Shown piece after piece: positions 37,071-39,506 of a stretch of 39,506 nt of DNA. Origin of the DNA: Candidatus Thorarchaeota archaeon (lineage in GTDB: Archaea; Asgardarchaeota; Thorarchaeia; Thorarchaeales; Thorarchaeaceae). The notes beneath the pieces were generated by a model. The model ran no database searches. It was not told the origin of the DNA and saw nothing but the letters and a program-made list of their open reading frames with translations. The DNA lies in assembly GCA_016840855.1 (NCBI GenBank), contig JAEORO010000255.1, positions 1-39,506 of the forward strand, read 5' to 3'. Both the position numbers and the translations under genes were made by a program. Each line of letters begins with the position of its first letter. Positions within the stretch are counted from its first letter, which is position 1.

Positions 37071-38585
37071 TTGACTGAGTTTTCACCACCTACGCGACTA
37101 GGAACTGTTGTATCGACTGACTCTGGCCCTAATGTTATGGAGTTCTCTTTTGTACTAGAGGGCGGTTCTCGAGAAATTATTGCCCGACGTGGCGAGTTTG
37201 TATCCGTTGTCACTGATGAAGGAACAGTGATAGCAAGAGTCCAAAATCTTGTACGTACAAACCGATACTATCAACATGCTGAAGCAGTTCGTGAATACCA
37301 GTCGAGAGGTGAACCCCTCAGATCGATATTTCCAACAGACCGTTGGCAGTATACTGTTGCTATGGCTCGTGTATTGGGTCTATGGAGTAACGGCCGTACA
37401 ATCAGACCATATTTTGCAGTGTCTCCTGGAGCTGTTGTTAGAAGTGTTGATGAGGATGTTCTTGCTTCGTTTCTGAAGCTTGATTTAGAAAAGGGTCTTC
37501 ATCTTGGCCAATTATCATATCAGAATCTTGCGTTTTCGCCATCCATAGACCGGTTGCTATCTAAGCATCTAGCGATTCTAGCGATGAGTGGAGCGGGGAA
37601 ATCTTACTTTGTATCTGTTCTCTTAGAAGAGTTACTATCCCGTCCAAAGGAAAGTGGTCGTCTCTCTGTTGTGGTTATTGATGTACATGGAGAGTATACC
37701 TATCTGAAAGACATCACCCCAGAATCTGTTGGGCTTTCTAAGGGTCAATTCGAAGTTGAACATATACGAGGATCACACTTTCAAATTCCTGTTCAGATGC
37801 TTTCTGCCGAGGCAATTGGAGCTCTTGTTTCAGACATGAGCTCGATTCAGATTCGAGACCTACGTCGAGTTGTATCTGAGATAAAGGACACATTGAAAGA
37901 AGGATATACCTTGTCAGATATTGTTGAATATGTACAACACGATGAAAAAATAAGCAAAAACACACGGGAAGCTCTCACAGGTTGGTTGATTAATCTCGAT
38001 GAAACAGGTCTCTTTGGAAAGGAAGCTGTCCCAAATATCAAGAATATTGTGAAATCTGGTAGAATCACATTGATCGATCTAAGTGATTTCATCAGTCTCA
38101 AGAAGAAGCAGATAATCGTTTCTTACCTAGCAAATGAACTACTTCATTTACGGAGACGTGAAGCAATTCCGCCATTCTTGCTAGTCCTTGAGGAAGCTCA
38201 TCAGTTCTGTCCTGAGAGCAGACATGAGCTCGCACTCCCCAAAAGTCGCATAGAAACCATTGCACGAGAAGGGCGGAAATTCTATGCACTACTTTGCCTA
38301 ATATCACAAAGACCTGTGAAACTCTCGACTACTGTTCTAAGTCAGTGTAGTAATCAAGCAATTTTTAGATGCACAAATCCTTATGATTTAGACCATATTG
38401 GAAAATCAAGTGAAGGTATTGATCGATCATCACTCGATGCGATTACGACATTAGAAATTGGAGAGTCGCTTTTTGTTGGTGAAACCGTATCAGTTCCCAC
38501 ATTTGTTAAGATACGACAGAGAAAATACGAGCCAGTTGGTATACTCAAGAGTCTTTCTGAGGCTGTGAAGAAATCTGATAAATGA
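37071..38585 (+). CDS. herA: HerA ATPase/helicase (HAS barrel + FtsK/HerA ATPase)
   Basis: N-terminal HAS-like barrel; KHLAILAMSGAGKS; IDVHGEY; LEEAH; IAREGRKF; ISQRP; SQC. Confidence 0.93.
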   Translation: MTEFSPPTRLGTVVSTDSGPNVMEFSFVLEGGSREIIARRGEFVSVVTDEGTVIARVQNLVRTNRYYQHAEAVREYQSRGEPLRSIFPTDRWQYTVAMARVLGLWSNGRTIRPYFAVSPGAVVRSVDEDVLASFLKLDLEKGLHLGQLSYQNLAFSPSIDRLLSKHLAILAMSGAGKSYFVSVLLEELLSRPKESGRLSVVVIDVHGEYTYLKDITPESVGLSKGQFEVEHIRGSHFQIPVQMLSAEAIGALVSDMSSIQIRDLRRVVSEIKDTLKEGYTLSDIVEYVQHDEKISKNTREALTGWLINLDETGLFGKEAVPNIKNIVKSGRITLIDLSDFISLKKKQIIVSYLANELLHLRRREAIPPFLLVLEEAHQFCPESRHELALPKSRIETIAREGRKFYALLCLISQRPVKLSTTVLSQCSNQAIFRCTNPYDLDHIGKSSEGIDRSSLDAITTLEIGESLFVGETVSVPTFVKIRQRKYEPVGILKSLSEAVKKSDK

Positions 38586-38668
38586 TGTATCTCCTAGTAA
38601 CCCTGATAAGACGAAAAAATGGTGTTCCACTTGGATACGATAAGAAATGAACTGGGGAATCTGTAAAG

Positions 38669-39223
38669 ATGTCAGATGAAAATCTAAACGAGATTAAACA
38701 ACTTATCGATTCAATGCAATCAAGTCTTGTTGAGCTTTTTGATCAACTCCGCGAACTGCGTAATCGCCTGAATCTTGTTTCCAACACTGTTTCAGATACC
38801 TCCCCCTCAATTCTCCCTCTTTTCTCCGAAATCAAAACGCCAGATTCAGAGGTTGATTCAACCCCCGCCTCAGAAGATAAGGAAACTCCTATTCTCGTTC
38901 CGGAAGATGAAGTTCATACAGATACTGTAATAGACGTCGATTCGGATACTGGAAACAACGCCAAAGTAAATCGAGTTCTTGATCCAATTTCCCACGAGTT
39001 ACGTACTGGCGAGGCTCCTGCAGAGATAATCTATGAATACCTGCAAGCTGCAAGAGAATATCTAATTGATGATGATACCGAACCTCAAAAACAGAAAGTT
39101 GCAAGAGATATTGATATTGTTCTTAATTTCTTGAAAGCTCGTGGGAAGCGAACAATTCGTCCTGATGAGCGCGATAATATTCTAAAAAGAATTCGTCGTT
39201 GGAAAGCTCATCTAGCTGTTTGA
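38669..39223 (+). CDS. Hypothetical protein (N-terminal coiled coil, acidic linker, helical C-terminal domain)
   Basis: 184-aa ORF with heptad pattern, D/E/P/S-rich linker and basic amphipathic C-terminal helices. Confidence 0.65.
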   Translation: MSDENLNEIKQLIDSMQSSLVELFDQLRELRNRLNLVSNTVSDTSPSILPLFSEIKTPDSEVDSTPASEDKETPILVPEDEVHTDTVIDVDSDTGNNAKVNRVLDPISHELRTGEAPAEIIYEYLQAAREYLIDDDTEPQKQKVARDIDIVLNFLKARGKRTIRPDERDNILKRIRRWKAHLAV

Positions 39224-39263
39224 GTTAACTTTCCAACTGACTTGACTGCTACGATTGATAGAA

Positions 39264-39506
39264 CTATTCTAGGTCTATGATGATGCGTTTAACCTTGGTC
39301 CATGAAATCTTCTTGAGACCGTGCTGACCTGGTTCATACCTACAATCCAGTAAATCCGCATCTTTTAATATCTTAATCTGGGCGCTGGCATTGGCTTCGG
39401 TTCCGCCGAGGTGTCTAGCCACTCGTGTCACGTCTTTTTCTCCCTGAAGCAAAATCTTCAGTACCTTTAGCCGAGTTCCTGATGAAAGAGCTCGTCCTAT
39501 TCGCAA
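39264..39506 (-). CDS. ArsR-family HTH regulator (5' end may extend beyond the window)
   Basis: ALSSGTRLKVLKIL...DVTRVA..LG.TEANASAQIKILKDADL. Confidence 0.8.
   Translation of the reverse strand: MRIGRALSSGTRLKVLKILLQGEKDVTRVARHLGGTEANASAQIKILKDADLLDCRYEPGQHGLKKISWTKVKRIIIDLE

Noticed and set aside
1-39506. CRISPR arrays, transposases, rRNA, and the many 60-180 aa antisense or alternate-frame ORFs
   Set aside because: No spaced direct repeats or IS/rRNA signatures seen; the short ORFs overlap well-supported genes and lack motifs

Overview
Archaeal chromosomal segment, most likely from an Asgard archaeon (Thorarchaeia-like). This is an inference from the gene set: an Rpo8/RpoG-like subunit, a tandem roadblock protein, a DENN-like protein, an MglA-type small GTPase and intron-bearing tRNAs. 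The core is information processing: rps10, ipk, a divergent TFB, cdc6/orc1, truA, rfcL/rfcS, GINS, mcm, hel308, an HDAC-family deacetylase, thpR, trm11, a GPN GTPase, a SAMHD1-like HD hydrolase, pyrG and nurA-herA. There are three tRNAs: Glu(CTC) with a non-canonical 10/11 intron, Gly(CCC) with none, and Pro(GGG) with introns at 37/38 and 58/59. Three things stand out. (1) A translationally coupled operon of a double-roadblock protein, a stand-alone DENN-like protein and an MglA-like GTPase (31641-34101), which looks like a prokaryotic analogue of the Ragulator/FLCN-type/small-GTPase switch. (2) A putative surface or DNA-transfer cluster at 1349-12998: a membrane-anchored VirB4/HerA-like ATPase, Ig-like surface proteins, an Flp-like pilin and a TadA/VirB11 ATPase, downstream of a divergent TFB. 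(3) A candidate C/D-box sRNA at 14508-14582 with guides complementary to tRNA-Leu(CAA) and tRNA-Met(CAU) anticodon loops. All family calls come from motif recognition by eye; no searches were run.
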